A stretch of 64,000 nt of DNA from an uncultured Thiomicrospira sp. (GCA_965195345.1 OZ239628.1:896001-960000); one strand, 5' to 3'. Shown: positions 35,481-45,902, numbered from the stretch's first letter. Notes: generated by a model not told the origin, from the sequence alone. A program made the numbers and translations.

Positions 35481-35798
35481 TTACTTTAACGTGGCAATGT
35501 AAGCGGCTACATTTTCAATATCCGCATCGCTCAAAGCCGCCGCCATTGGTGCCATTACTGCCGTCATCGCACCTATTTGCTCTCCAGATCGGTATTGTTT
35601 AAGCTTTTTTATTACATCGTTTTCGTCACTTCCCGCTAACTTGGGGAACGGAGCGATTCCTTCGCCGTTTACACCATGACAGCTAATGCAAATAGAAGCA
35701 AATTTTGTTTTTCCTGCTTCTATATCACCAGCAAATGCTACAGGAGCGCAGAGAGCTGCTAATAAAAATGATGTTGAGAGAAAGGTTTTTTGCTTCAT
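35481..35798 (-). CDS. Monoheme class I cytochrome c (c4/c552-like)
   Basis: Signal peptide, CISCHG, PKLAG and distal Met region. Confidence 0.93.
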   Translation of the reverse strand: MKQKTFLSTSFLLAALCAPVAFAGDIEAGKTKFASICISCHGVNGEGIAPFPKLAGSDENDVIKKLKQYRSGEQIGAMTAVMAPMAAALSDADIENVAAYIATLK

Positions 35799-35850
35799 GG
35801 TAATTACTCCTTATAAAAAATTCAAACGAAAATGTTCTCTGAGTGAAATT

Positions 35851-35888
35851 ATAAATATGGAACATAAATATGGAACATAAATATAAAC
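35851..35888. repeat. 13-bp tandem repeat upstream of cytochrome c gene
   Basis: ATAAATATGGAAC x2 followed by ATAAATATAAAC. Confidence 0.8.
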
Positions 35889-35964
35889 ACACCACAACCC
35901 CGAACTTTCATTATACCAAGTAAGTAAATATTATATTGATTAGTAATGTGGTTCCATTTTTTGA

Positions 35965-38097
35965 TTACGGTCTAAGACCTAATGCACGATTGGCAGCGTT
36001 CTCTTTGGAGTTAGAAAGTCCAATGGATGATAAGTTTTTGAGTACCAGCTCAAAATTTAGTTCTGTCAATCGTTCTTGGGAACGATCGTTTACTAATTGT
36101 TGGCTTTCGAAAAAAACATTGAACTGCCAGCAACAATCGTCGTACGACGCTCCAACCAGTAGAGTATTTAAATGTTCTTGTTCAACATTGTAGTTGGTCA
36201 AAGTGGCAATATTCCAATTTTGAGTTAATTGCAGGCTGTATCCGAAGGCAAAAAATCTATATATGTCATTCATAATATTTTCACGTAAGAAATTTGCGCG
36301 CAGTGCATAGCGTTTTTGTTCATAAAGTAGATTGCTGCTGAAAAAATTAATGTTTTCAAAATCTTCATCCCATTGTGTTGATACATCGAGACTTACGGCG
36401 TTAAGTGATAAAAGGGATTCTACAAACCAGTTATCAAAAGAATCAGCATTCGAGCGGATTAAACGTGGTTGTTCAATGTTGATATTCCGCCCTATACTTG
36501 TGCGAAGAAATAAAGTCGAATCAGGGACGAAAAACGTTTGGTTAAGAGCAGCCACAACTCTATTGGCATCGTTTATACGGTCGTAACCATTGAATTCAAG
36601 TGGGTCATAAAGTTGTTCTAATCTAGTAATACTTTTGCGAGAGGTCTCTAAATTTGGAATGTCTTCTTGTTCTACGTAAGGCGTATAAATGTAGTGCAAA
36701 GAAGGGATGAGGGTAGTGGACATTGAATTCCTTAGACTATCGGGAGTATTGTCAATATAAAGTTCGCTCCCGAGATGAATATATCCATTTGCAATATTAA
36801 ATGAACGCGATCCGCCATTGTTGAGTTGTTGCGCTTCATAATGATTTAAAAGTGCGCCTGCTTCGGTTAATAATTGATACTGTAGGGATGAATACTGCCA
36901 TCTCCAATGTGGGTTAAAAACGAAACGAGTTACTTCTGGAGCGATAGCATTTTGTACTGGATCTCTAAATTGAGTTGCTTGTGAGTTTAAGGTTACTCTG
37001 CTATTCCCCGTTCTATCAAGATAGTAGATGTTTTCTACTTGAGGAACTTTTTGTACACCATCTAAGCTCTCATCAACCAATGATATATTATCTTGCACAG
37101 AAACATAAGTATAAGATTTGGGTACTGTATATGTTAAACGAAAGTAACGATCAACAGAAGCACTGTATCTGTCTTTAAAGATGTCAGGGAAGATCTGATT
37201 GAAATTTCTTGGAGCAAAGTAGACATAGTTTGCTTCTAGTGAAAGTTGATCGTCAAGCTGGCCATTATGTTTCCAAAGTATGCGTTGAGAGTCACTTGCT
37301 TCCTGATCTTCCAGTATAGGATCATTTGCAAGATTGGCTATATTAAATTCGCCGTTATGTGTTTTTTCAAATAGGTAACGAAACTCTCCACTGGCAAGAG
37401 TGCCACGTTCATCAAGATAGGTCCCATACAAAGTAGCATCGTAATTAGGAGCTAAGTTGAGAAAAATGCCTTGAGAGACATAGAAAGACTCTCTTCCTGT
37501 ATTATTATTTGAAGCAGGAGCTTGAAAAAAACCAAAACTTGGAGCAAGAAGTCCGGATGCACGTACCGTGTTCATGCTGAAATAAGGTGTATAGAGAAAC
37601 GGAATGCCTTGAAACCAAAGGGACACATTATAACTTTCGATTTTCCCGCTTTCGGCATCATATGTTGACTCTTGTGATTGAACCCACCAAGCAACGTTTT
37701 CTTCCTCACCTGGGCAGTAGCTGAGCTTTGCATCTGTAAATTCGCTGGAAAGTGGATCGTTTTTAAAAGAACCACCCCAAACTTGCAACTCCCCTTGTTG
37801 AAAATGGAATGGCTCATCCGTACGGTAAGATTCTGAGCGTTTCCTAAAAATAAAGCGATCACCTCGGACTTCAAATTTCCGATGGTTAATATAGCTATCT
37901 TTATAAAGTATTAATTCACCTTCAGCATCAAGAGAAAGAGATTGAGTTTGAATTTCCGTTTGATCAGGAACTACTCTGGTAAGGGTTGGGCAGAGCGTAC
38001 TTACATCAGAATTTTTTGTAGATACAGCCATGGACGATGTCAATGGTAAAATAACCAATATGAAAAGAACGAATCTAATGTTCAACTTTAAAGGCAA
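35965..38097 (-). CDS. lptD: LPS assembly protein LptD
   Basis: LSYCP..WW, GIPFLYTPY, NLAPNYDAT, GYDRINDAN and YDDCCW motifs; divergent from amgK-murU. Confidence 0.92.
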   Translation of the reverse strand: MPLKLNIRFVLFILVILPLTSSMAVSTKNSDVSTLCPTLTRVVPDQTEIQTQSLSLDAEGELILYKDSYINHRKFEVRGDRFIFRKRSESYRTDEPFHFQQGELQVWGGSFKNDPLSSEFTDAKLSYCPGEEENVAWWVQSQESTYDAESGKIESYNVSLWFQGIPFLYTPYFSMNTVRASGLLAPSFGFFQAPASNNNTGRESFYVSQGIFLNLAPNYDATLYGTYLDERGTLASGEFRYLFEKTHNGEFNIANLANDPILEDQEASDSQRILWKHNGQLDDQLSLEANYVYFAPRNFNQIFPDIFKDRYSASVDRYFRLTYTVPKSYTYVSVQDNISLVDESLDGVQKVPQVENIYYLDRTGNSRVTLNSQATQFRDPVQNAIAPEVTRFVFNPHWRWQYSSLQYQLLTEAGALLNHYEAQQLNNGGSRSFNIANGYIHLGSELYIDNTPDSLRNSMSTTLIPSLHYIYTPYVEQEDIPNLETSRKSITRLEQLYDPLEFNGYDRINDANRVVAALNQTFFVPDSTLFLRTSIGRNINIEQPRLIRSNADSFDNWFVESLLSLNAVSLDVSTQWDEDFENINFFSSNLLYEQKRYALRANFLRENIMNDIYRFFAFGYSLQLTQNWNIATLTNYNVEQEHLNTLLVGASYDDCCWQFNVFFESQQLVNDRSQERLTELNFELVLKNLSSIGLSNSKENAANRALGLRP

Positions 38098-38198
38098 CGT
38101 ATTTGACTCACAAAAAAGAAGCCAAGTTGTTAGTATTTATTATGTCCAGTATTTTATTGGACGTATAGGCTAGCATTACCGTATTTTAAACCAACTTA

Positions 38199-39227
38199 AT
38201 GGCTACATCTGTTCAAAACAATCAAACGAGTTCAAGATGCTGTTCTTCCGTTGAAGAGTTACCGCAGCGGTTTAGTTTTCTTTGTGAATGGCTTGCAGAA
38301 ATAGAATGCTCAGGCACGATAGAAAAAATTGCTGGCGATGCCAGTTGGAGAAAGTTTTATCGAATTCAAAAAAACGAATCAAAAGAATGGCAAAGTGCAA
38401 TAGCTATTGATGCTCCTCCGCCTCATGAGGATGTCAACGCGATTGCAATAGCGCTCGATTGGTTTAGTGTTAATGAAAAATTAAAATTCCCCAAAATTTA
38501 TGCCATAGACATAAAGAAAGGGTTTGCATTAGTAGAGGATTTTGGAGATGAGCTGGTGCAGTTCAGTTTAAATAATAATGAGAAGCTGCATTACAAAAAT
38601 TTAATAATTGGCTTAGCACAAATGCAAACCACTGATATTAAGAAAAACGTTCCTTTATACGATGAAACGTTGTTGTTATCAGAGATGGCTCTATTTGAAG
38701 AATGGTTGATCGGTAAGCATCTCAAAATATCTTTAAGTACTGAACAATTAGAGTTATTTCAAAATGTAAAAAAAACAGTTGTCAAAGAGGTTTTGAATCA
38801 ACAGCAATGTTTGGTACATCGTGATTTCCATAGCAAGAATATTCTGTTTTTTGGAAATAGTTACGGAGTTGTTGATTTTCAAGATGCTTGTAAAGGTGCC
38901 TATACTTACGACCTCGTATCGCTACTAAGAGATGCCTATCATAAAACGGATCATTTAAACGAATGGCTTCATCTTTTCTTTGAAAATGGTGAGCAAAAAA
39001 AAGATTTTTCAAGTTTTCAAAAAGATTTTCATTGGACGTGTATTCAGCGGCAATTGAAAGTGGCTGGTATTTTTTATAGGCTATGGTTGCGTGATGGGAA
39101 GGACAGTTATTTGAAATACATTCCGCTCGTATTTGATTACTTATTAACTTCTATTAATGCAGTGCCGCTCGATAAAGACTTTGCCTTGTTAATTCGAGAT
39201 ATTAGAGCTATGTTATGCAAGCAATGA
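38199..39227 (+). CDS. amgK: N-acetylmuramate/N-acetylglucosamine kinase (APH family)
   Basis: GDASWRKFYR, HRDFHSKN and DFQDA motifs; adjacent to murU. Confidence 0.88.
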   Translation: MATSVQNNQTSSRCCSSVEELPQRFSFLCEWLAEIECSGTIEKIAGDASWRKFYRIQKNESKEWQSAIAIDAPPPHEDVNAIAIALDWFSVNEKLKFPKIYAIDIKKGFALVEDFGDELVQFSLNNNEKLHYKNLIIGLAQMQTTDIKKNVPLYDETLLLSEMALFEEWLIGKHLKISLSTEQLELFQNVKKTVVKEVLNQQQCLVHRDFHSKNILFFGNSYGVVDFQDACKGAYTYDLVSLLRDAYHKTDHLNEWLHLFFENGEQKKDFSSFQKDFHWTCIQRQLKVAGIFYRLWLRDGKDSYLKYIPLVFDYLLTSINAVPLDKDFALLIRDIRAMLCKQ

Positions 39228-39877
39228 TTTTAGCAGCGGGGTACGGTAAAAGATTGCGCCCGCTAACAGATGTTCTGCCTAAAGCATTGATGCTCGTTGA
39301 TGAACACACCTTAATTGAAAAACATTTGTATAAATTACGTAAAGTTGGCGTTGAAAAAGTTGTAATAAATACTCATTGGTTAGGACAAGAGATAATCGAT
39401 TTTTTACAAGATGGATCACGTTACGATGTACAAATAGTATACAGCGAAGAAGAGAATTTGCTCGACAGTGGTGGTGGAATTAAAAACGCATTAAAGCATT
39501 TGGGAAAGGAGGCGTTTTTCGTCATTAATGCTGATGTGTTTTGTGAAGGTGGTTATGAACAGCTTAGTAAAGTTGTTTTGCATGGGGATATATTAGGGCA
39601 TGTTCTTTTAACACCAAATCCTGAGCATAACAAAGAGGGGGATTTTTCGATGGGTGATGGTTTGCTTTGTGCTGGGAAATCCTATACGTTTAGCGGAATC
39701 AGTCTGCTTTCTCCGAAATTATTTGAACTTGAAGCTCGCACAATATTCGGATTGGGAGATGTGCTGAGAAAAGCTTGCCAAAACAAACTCATTGCATCAA
39801 GCTTGTTAGAAGGGCTTTGGTTTGACGTGGGAACGGTTGAGCGTTTAAAAGAAGTACAAAATCTATTAATCAGATAA
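39215..39877 (+). CDS. murU: MurNAc-alpha-1-phosphate uridylyltransferase
   Basis: MILAAGYGKRLRPLT..PK and WFDVGTVERL motifs. Confidence 0.9.
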   Translation: MQAMILAAGYGKRLRPLTDVLPKALMLVDEHTLIEKHLYKLRKVGVEKVVINTHWLGQEIIDFLQDGSRYDVQIVYSEEENLLDSGGGIKNALKHLGKEAFFVINADVFCEGGYEQLSKVVLHGDILGHVLLTPNPEHNKEGDFSMGDGLLCAGKSYTFSGISLLSPKLFELEARTIFGLGDVLRKACQNKLIASSLLEGLWFDVGTVERLKEVQNLLIR

Positions 39878-39995
39878 ATTTTCTCATAAGCTTTTAAGTA
39901 CCATTTTTTGGTGCTTAAGTGTCCGGTTTGATCATCATACAATGTCTTTTTGACAGCCTTCGTTATTTTTTTAATACTATCTTTTCTCTCAATCA

Positions 39996-42176
39996 ATGAG
40001 TATTGTCCCTTCAACTATCAATAGTTTGAGGAATGCGCTTGCTCTACAGCAGTGGATATTGTTCAGTGTTGGATTTTTATGGCTCTGTTGGTTAAGCTTT
40101 AACTGGTTACACTGGTGGCTTTATCCAAATCCATTTCCCGCGGATATGGTAGGGCGTTTATTAGTTGTGGAAGGGACCGTAGACGGTTTAGTAAGAACGA
40201 ACCACGACAGAAAAAATAAACGATTTACTTTCAAAATAGATCGAATAGAAACAGGGGTAAACACGATTTGTGAGAAGAAAGTCAAAGTTCGCTTGGCCGT
40301 GTATTACGATGAAACAGTTCCTCTTGTCAAAAGTGGTGAGCGTTGGCGTTTTGTTGTTCGTCTTAAACAGCCTAATGGACAAGCGAGTATGGGCTCTAAT
40401 AACTACGAAGATTGGCTATTTGAGAATCGCATTCAGGCAACGGGCTATGTGCATAAAGATTATTTATCGGAACGTTTAGAGGATGCCTCTTGGTGGGATT
40501 ATGACGTATGGCGCACGGCACTCATAGAACATATAGAAATTGTATTGCCTACGGGCAACGGTAGAGCTTTAGTTAAAGCCTTAGTGTTGGGTGATCGAAG
40601 TGAAGTATCACAAGAAACATGGTCCGCATTAATTGCGACGGGGACCAGTCATCTATTAGCAATCTCTGGGCTTCATATAGGTTTGATCGCACTTTTCTTT
40701 GGTTACATTGGTGGGTTTATATGGAGACGTTCTCATCGATTGTGTCTGTTTATACCAGCTCCTATGATGATAACGATTTGTGCATTATTGGGCGGGTTTT
40801 TGTATGCTGCACTGGCAGGATTTTCAATACCCACATTTCGTGCTGTGTTAATGCTGATGGTGGTTTGTGTGGGTTTTTTGAGCAAGCGATATTTTCCCAC
40901 GTGGTTTATTTTATTTGCAGCATTAATCGTTGTTTCTTCTGCACAACCAGCAAGTATTCTAAGTGCTGGCTTTGTATTATCTTTTTTGGCAACAGCAATC
41001 ATACTTAATGTCTTACGTAAGTCAAAGGAAAATGAAAATAAATTTGTCTTCTGGATAAGATTGCAAGTTATTCTCACTCTGATAATGTATCCAGCAGTCA
41101 TTTGGTATTTTGGGCAGATTTCGTCGATTTCAGTATTGATTAATTTAGTGTTTGTTCCATTGATTGGGTGGTTCGTTTTGCCTTTTGTTTTTTTTATGGT
41201 GCTACTGTCTTTTGTTTTTCCTCAATGGTTATTCAGTACGGATTGGGTTTTAAGCGCTATGGCTGAAATGCTTTTTTATGCAGAGCATATTTCTGGAGGA
41301 AGTATTGATTGGACGAGACCTTTCATTTTTCAGATTATTCTTGCTATTGTTTTACTATGGATCATTTGCTTAGGGAATGGGCAGTGGTGGAAACGTTTAT
41401 CCTATGGATTGGTATGCGTTGCATTGCTTTACCCGTACGCTCATAGAATTGAAAATGGACGTGCCGACATTGTTGTATTGGATGTTGGGCAAGGATTATC
41501 TGTGTTAATCATGACACGTAATCATACAATGTTATTTGATACAGGACTAGAAGGAATGGGGCAAAGGGTTATTAATCCAGCTGTTCGATATTTTGGCAGA
41601 AGAAATCTTGACATCATAGCAGTAAGCCATGATGATATTGATCATAGAGGTGGGTTGAAATGGTTGAAAAAACGTTATCCTTTAGCCAGAGTTGTAAAGG
41701 ATGAAGATTGCATGGGGCATTGGCGTTGGGATGAGGTAACGTTCACTTGGTTGCCTACAGAAGGTTTTGAAGGAAATAACCGCTCTTGTGTTTTAAGGAT
41801 AGTAGCTAATGGGGAGGCTTTTTTGTTGACAGGAGATATCGAGAAAGAGGCTGAAATGAGTTTAATAAAAAAATACGACTTGACTGCTCATTGGCTACTA
41901 TCTCCACATCATGGTTCAAAGACTTCAAGCAGCATGCCTTTTCTTCAGAAAACAAAAGCACGTAATGTTTTTGTTTCGGCAGGCTTTCAATCCCGCTATG
42001 GACACCCTCACAAAAAAGTAATAGAGCGATACCATCAATTGGGAATGAACGTGTACAACACAGCGTGTAGTGGAAGTGCGCTGGTTCGCCTCGGTGCCAA
42101 TGCTACAATGCCAACACTTGAGTGGCGCAAACATCAAATGAAATTCTGGTGGCGCCAATGCAATCAAACAAAATGA
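39996..42176 (+). CDS. comEC: DNA internalization competence protein ComEC/Rec2 (start uncertain)
   Basis: HLLAISGLH competence motif; DVGQG and PHHGSKTSS MBL domain. Confidence 0.95.
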   Translation: MSIVPSTINSLRNALALQQWILFSVGFLWLCWLSFNWLHWWLYPNPFPADMVGRLLVVEGTVDGLVRTNHDRKNKRFTFKIDRIETGVNTICEKKVKVRLAVYYDETVPLVKSGERWRFVVRLKQPNGQASMGSNNYEDWLFENRIQATGYVHKDYLSERLEDASWWDYDVWRTALIEHIEIVLPTGNGRALVKALVLGDRSEVSQETWSALIATGTSHLLAISGLHIGLIALFFGYIGGFIWRRSHRLCLFIPAPMMITICALLGGFLYAALAGFSIPTFRAVLMLMVVCVGFLSKRYFPTWFILFAALIVVSSAQPASILSAGFVLSFLATAIILNVLRKSKENENKFVFWIRLQVILTLIMYPAVIWYFGQISSISVLINLVFVPLIGWFVLPFVFFMVLLSFVFPQWLFSTDWVLSAMAEMLFYAEHISGGSIDWTRPFIFQIILAIVLLWIICLGNGQWWKRLSYGLVCVALLYPYAHRIENGRADIVVLDVGQGLSVLIMTRNHTMLFDTGLEGMGQRVINPAVRYFGRRNLDIIAVSHDDIDHRGGLKWLKKRYPLARVVKDEDCMGHWRWDEVTFTWLPTEGFEGNNRSCVLRIVANGEAFLLTGDIEKEAEMSLIKKYDLTAHWLLSPHHGSKTSSSMPFLQKTKARNVFVSAGFQSRYGHPHKKVIERYHQLGMNVYNTACSGSALVRLGANATMPTLEWRKHQMKFWWRQCNQTK

Positions 42177-43156
42177 ATGAAATGAAGTACCCTTTGTATT
42201 GGCAACAAAAATCTTGGTTGATGTGGCTATTAATGCCGTTGTCTTGGATATTTCGATTTTCAATGTTTGTCCGTAAGAAATATTGGAGTAGCAGATCGTA
42301 TAAAGCAAATTGCCCAGTAATAGTGGTTGGGAATATTAGTGTGGGCGGCACGGGGAAAACGCCTATGGTCATTGCTACGGCAAAAGCGTTGCAACAGGCG
42401 GGAAAGATTGTTGGCGTTGTTAGCCGTGGTTATGGTGGAAGATTGAGTAGCAAAACGCCTTATTTAGTACAAGCGGAAGACAGCCCGAATGATTATGGTG
42501 ATGAGCCTGTGATAATAGCGCAAACTGTTCCAGTTGTCATTTGTAAGGTGCGGGTTGAGGCAGTGCGTTTTTTAGAAAATCTAGGAGTTGATGTAATTGT
42601 CAGTGATGATGGATTACAGCACTATGCGATGCATCGGGATTTTGAAATTGCGATGGTTGACGGACTACGTGGTTTAGGTAATGGTGCTTGTTTGCCCGCT
42701 GGTCCGTTGCGTGAAATTCCGTCAAGATTGAAAAGCTGTAACCGAGTAGTTACCACACAAATAAAGACTGGTGAGTTTGCAAATGAATATTTAATGAAGT
42801 TGCAAGGCAACACTGCGGTAAACTTATTAAGTGGTGAGAAAAAGAGCTTGATTGATTTTGCAAGCGAAGGAAAAGTAAATGCTATCGCAGGCATTGGTAA
42901 TCCTGAGCGTTTTTTCCTCCATTTAAAAGAACATGGGTTGAACTGTGATTGTAAAGCATATCCTGATCATTACCGTTTTTCTTTAGAAGATATTAATAAA
43001 AGGAATGTGGTACTCATGACGGTTAAGGATAGCGTAAAATGCAAACAATTAATCAAAAATAATGCGTTAGAAGGATGTTGGGAAGTACCTGTATTTGCCA
43101 AATTGCCTGCTGATTTTTATCCAAAAGTATTCGCAGAGATTTACAAGCAAGATTAG
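42173..43156 (+). CDS. lpxK: Tetraacyldisaccharide 4'-kinase
   Basis: VGNISVGGTGKTP, SRGYG and DDGLQH motifs; ATGA overlap with comEC. Confidence 0.96.
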   Translation: MNEMKYPLYWQQKSWLMWLLMPLSWIFRFSMFVRKKYWSSRSYKANCPVIVVGNISVGGTGKTPMVIATAKALQQAGKIVGVVSRGYGGRLSSKTPYLVQAEDSPNDYGDEPVIIAQTVPVVICKVRVEAVRFLENLGVDVIVSDDGLQHYAMHRDFEIAMVDGLRGLGNGACLPAGPLREIPSRLKSCNRVVTTQIKTGEFANEYLMKLQGNTAVNLLSGEKKSLIDFASEGKVNAIAGIGNPERFFLHLKEHGLNCDCKAYPDHYRFSLEDINKRNVVLMTVKDSVKCKQLIKNNALEGCWEVPVFAKLPADFYPKVFAEIYKQD

Positions 43157-43204
43157 CACGATGTTGACTGGGTCATTGTGAAGTTAAAGTATGTTGAGGA
43201 GATT

Positions 43205-43396
43205 ATGGAATTAAAGATATTGGAATTCTTAGCTTGTCCTTTAAGTAAGGAAGGTCTTCAATGGGATGCAGATAAACAGGAGTTGATTGCTGTTAAGTCA
43301 GGCTTGGCGTATCGAGTAGATAATGACATTCCCGTTTTGCTTGTCGATGAAGCGCGTCAAATGAGTCAAGAAGAAAAGAAAAAGTGGCGAAAGTAA
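43205..43396 (+). CDS. ycaR: Trm112-family protein YcaR
   Basis: LEFLACPLSK...LAYRVDNDIPVLL; follows lpxK. Confidence 0.9.
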   Translation: MELKILEFLACPLSKEGLQWDADKQELIAVKSGLAYRVDNDIPVLLVDEARQMSQEEKKKWRK

Positions 43397-43402
43397 TCAA
43401 GA

Positions 43403-44314
43403 ATGAATACTATTGCTTTATACACGCATCCAGTTTTTGCAAAGCATATTTCTCAACTATCACATCCTGAAAATTCAGAACGCCTTCTCTCGATTGAATA
43501 CGCTTTAAAGAAAACACAGTTACCAATAGATTATTATCAAGCTAATCCATGCAATAGGAGTGTGCTTGAGTTAGTTCACCCTTTCGAGTATTTAGATGCT
43601 TTATTCAACGTCAAAAAACATACTCATATTGATGGGGATACGTACATGTGTGAACATACAATGGATGCGGTTTTGTATGCTTGTGGAGGATTAGTGGATG
43701 CTGCCGAGAATTTGCTTGACGGAGTTTTTGATAAAGCAATGGTGATTGCACGCCCCCCTGGGCATCATGCGGAACCGAATCAATCAATGGGGTTTTGTCT
43801 TGTAAACAATATCGCGGTGCTTGCAAAATATTTGGTTGAGAAAAAAAAGATTGATCGCCTAGCAATTATTGACTTTGATGTGCATCATGGCAATGGTACA
43901 GAGGCGGCAGTAAAGGGTGATGATCGTATATTATTTTGCTCAACGTATCAACAAGGCATTTATCCGCCAGGGACAGTGCATGGAAGGAATGAAAATATCT
44001 TAAATGTTCCACTTCAAGCTTTTATTGATGGCGATGAGTATCGCAGGATCTTTACAGATCAGGTGATGAGCGCAGTGAATGCGTTTCAACCCAATGTGAT
44101 ATTAGTGTCTGCTGGGTTTGATGCTCATAGCAGAGACCCTCTTGCTCAAATAAATTTAGAAAATGATGATTTCTATTGGTTAGGTGAACAAATTAATACA
44201 CTTTCACAGAAACTTTGTTCTGGAAGGGTTATTTCGTGTCTTGAAGGGGGATATAACTTGGAAGTTATTGGAGACAGTGTAAGCAGTTACTTGATGGGGC
44301 TTACTGCAGAATAG
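43403..44314 (+). CDS. Histone deacetylase family protein
   Basis: RPPGHHA, DFDVHHGNGT, SAGFDAH and LEGGY motifs. Confidence 0.95.
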   Translation: MNTIALYTHPVFAKHISQLSHPENSERLLSIEYALKKTQLPIDYYQANPCNRSVLELVHPFEYLDALFNVKKHTHIDGDTYMCEHTMDAVLYACGGLVDAAENLLDGVFDKAMVIARPPGHHAEPNQSMGFCLVNNIAVLAKYLVEKKKIDRLAIIDFDVHHGNGTEAAVKGDDRILFCSTYQQGIYPPGTVHGRNENILNVPLQAFIDGDEYRRIFTDQVMSAVNAFQPNVILVSAGFDAHSRDPLAQINLENDDFYWLGEQINTLSQKLCSGRVISCLEGGYNLEVIGDSVSSYLMGLTAE

Positions 44315-44332
44315 AGAAGTCCTAATAATTTA

Positions 44333-44671
44333 TTACTCGCTCTTCGTATCAACCACATCAAAAAATGCTGATTCAAGCTGTGCAAGGTGAAATCCTTGTA
44401 TATTATCGTAGGGGCTGAATAAAGTAATTGCTCCTTTGATTGAATCTGAGTCATTCTGTAATTGTTGTTCATATTTGAAATTCAATAATCCAACACTTAA
44501 AACAACGGTTGCAGCTAAACCTGTAAACCAATAGAGTCCTTTATTTTTCCTCTCGAACCGACCATCACCAACTGTAGCCGAAGAACTTTTTACGGCAGTA
44601 ATAATAATTTTAGATTCAAACCCTGAGGATGAATTAGGGACTTCAAGCTGTGGCAGATTGCATTCTTTCAT
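44333..44671 (-). CDS. Putative single-TM anti-sigma factor
   Basis: Overlaps the 3' end of the ECF sigma gene; one TM segment (WFTGLAATVVLSVGLL). Confidence 0.55.
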   Translation of the reverse strand: MKECNLPQLEVPNSSSGFESKIIITAVKSSSATVGDGRFERKNKGLYWFTGLAATVVLSVGLLNFKYEQQLQNDSDSIKGAITLFSPYDNIQGFHLAQLESAFFDVVDTKSE

Positions 44672-45212
44672 GAATTTTCCTTAGGTCTTTACGAGCTCTT
44701 GCAACAAGAGATTCAATTGCTTTTGGGGTGGTGTCCATTATTTCCGCTACCTGTTTATGACTCATTTCTTCATAGTAATAGAGATTTATAGCAGTCTGTG
44801 CTCTTTCATCAAGAGATTTAATTGACTCTTGCAGTAAATACTGTTGTTCATCCCTGAGTCGAGTTGCTTCAGGCTCAAAGGCAATAGAAGGTACGTCTTC
44901 ACCTGCTTCTATACGTTCTTCATACGAAGAAGTTTGTGCTTTACGCTTTTGTTTTCGCAAATAGTCTATACAACGATTAACAACAACACGATACAGCCAT
45001 GTCTCAAATTTACAACCTTTGCCCGATTGCCATGAAAGAGGCTTTCTCCAAATTGTCAACATCACTTCTTGAACAATATCTTCGGCTATTTGAATGTCAA
45101 ATACTTGTCGCCAAGCAATGCGATAGCAAGATTGAGAATAAATATTAACAAGTGAAGCAAAAGCGACTTCATCGCCCTCGGCTATTTGATTGAGTAGTAG
45201 TTGCGAGTCCAT
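44643..45212 (-). CDS. ECF sigma-70 factor
   Basis: GDEVAF, AEDIVQE and TWLYRVVVNRCID motifs; region 4 HTH. Confidence 0.93.
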   Translation of the reverse strand: MDSQLLLNQIAEGDEVAFASLVNIYSQSCYRIAWRQVFDIQIAEDIVQEVMLTIWRKPLSWQSGKGCKFETWLYRVVVNRCIDYLRKQKRKAQTSSYEERIEAGEDVPSIAFEPEATRLRDEQQYLLQESIKSLDERAQTAINLYYYEEMSHKQVAEIMDTTPKAIESLVARARKDLRKIHERMQSATA

Positions 45213-45217
45213 TTTAT

Positions 45218-45715
45218 TTATTTAATATATTTAAAATCAAATTTCACAAATTCTTTTGGAGTAATGCAAGTGTCGTTATCGTCATCCATCTTACTAAAGA
45301 CACTGTACTTATGAAAAACGTTCATTTCGCTCTTTGAAATTTTTTTGTCTTGATTTACATCAGCCATCATAAACTGTTGTTCTCGCAAAGTAGTGTACTC
45401 ATTTACAGTAATACGTCCATCTTTGTCAAAATCCCCTAAGTTACTCATTGATTCGCTCTTCATGATGTATTTTCCAACGTCATTGTTTGTCATTTCTTGA
45501 GCACTCATTATTCCATCTTTATTAGAGTCAATGTGATCAAATATTTTTTTAGTGATCATTCCATGCTCGTTTATGCTTATAAATCCATCGTTGTTAATGT
45601 CTAATTTATCAAAAAAAATTGGGTTACTTGCAAAAGAAAATCCAGAGTGCATCAAAAATGCATACAAAAAGAGGCTTTTCATGCCTTGTGTAAGGAGTTT
45701 TATCAATTTTTCCAT
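45218..45715 (-). CDS. Secreted EF-hand calcium-binding protein
   Basis: Signal peptide; loops DINNDGFIS, DSNKDGIMS, DFDKDGRIT, DVNQDKKIS and DDDNDTCIT. Confidence 0.9.
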   Translation of the reverse strand: MEKLIKLLTQGMKSLFLYAFLMHSGFSFASNPIFFDKLDINNDGFISINEHGMITKKIFDHIDSNKDGIMSAQEMTNNDVGKYIMKSESMSNLGDFDKDGRITVNEYTTLREQQFMMADVNQDKKISKSEMNVFHKYSVFSKMDDDNDTCITPKEFVKFDFKYIK

Positions 45716-45902
45716 ATCATAAAAATACGATTGACTTTACTAATTCCCGCTTATCTTTAGTGAAATTAAGTAGTTTACATCTAATTCTTTAAATAGTAAT
45801 TATAGTTTCTTAATAGCCATATTGGTGGATTTACTTAGTATTTTGCAAATTATTTTGATAAAAATCTTGAATGTGAACAGCATAACAATTGATTTTTCAT
45901 GG

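Noticed and set aside
39880-40030. Frameshifted comEC N-terminus (hydrophobic FLTAFVIFLILSFLS in another frame)
   Set aside because: The stretch is bounded by stops, and T-rich DNA gives hydrophobic translations by chance; not supportable without an alignment.
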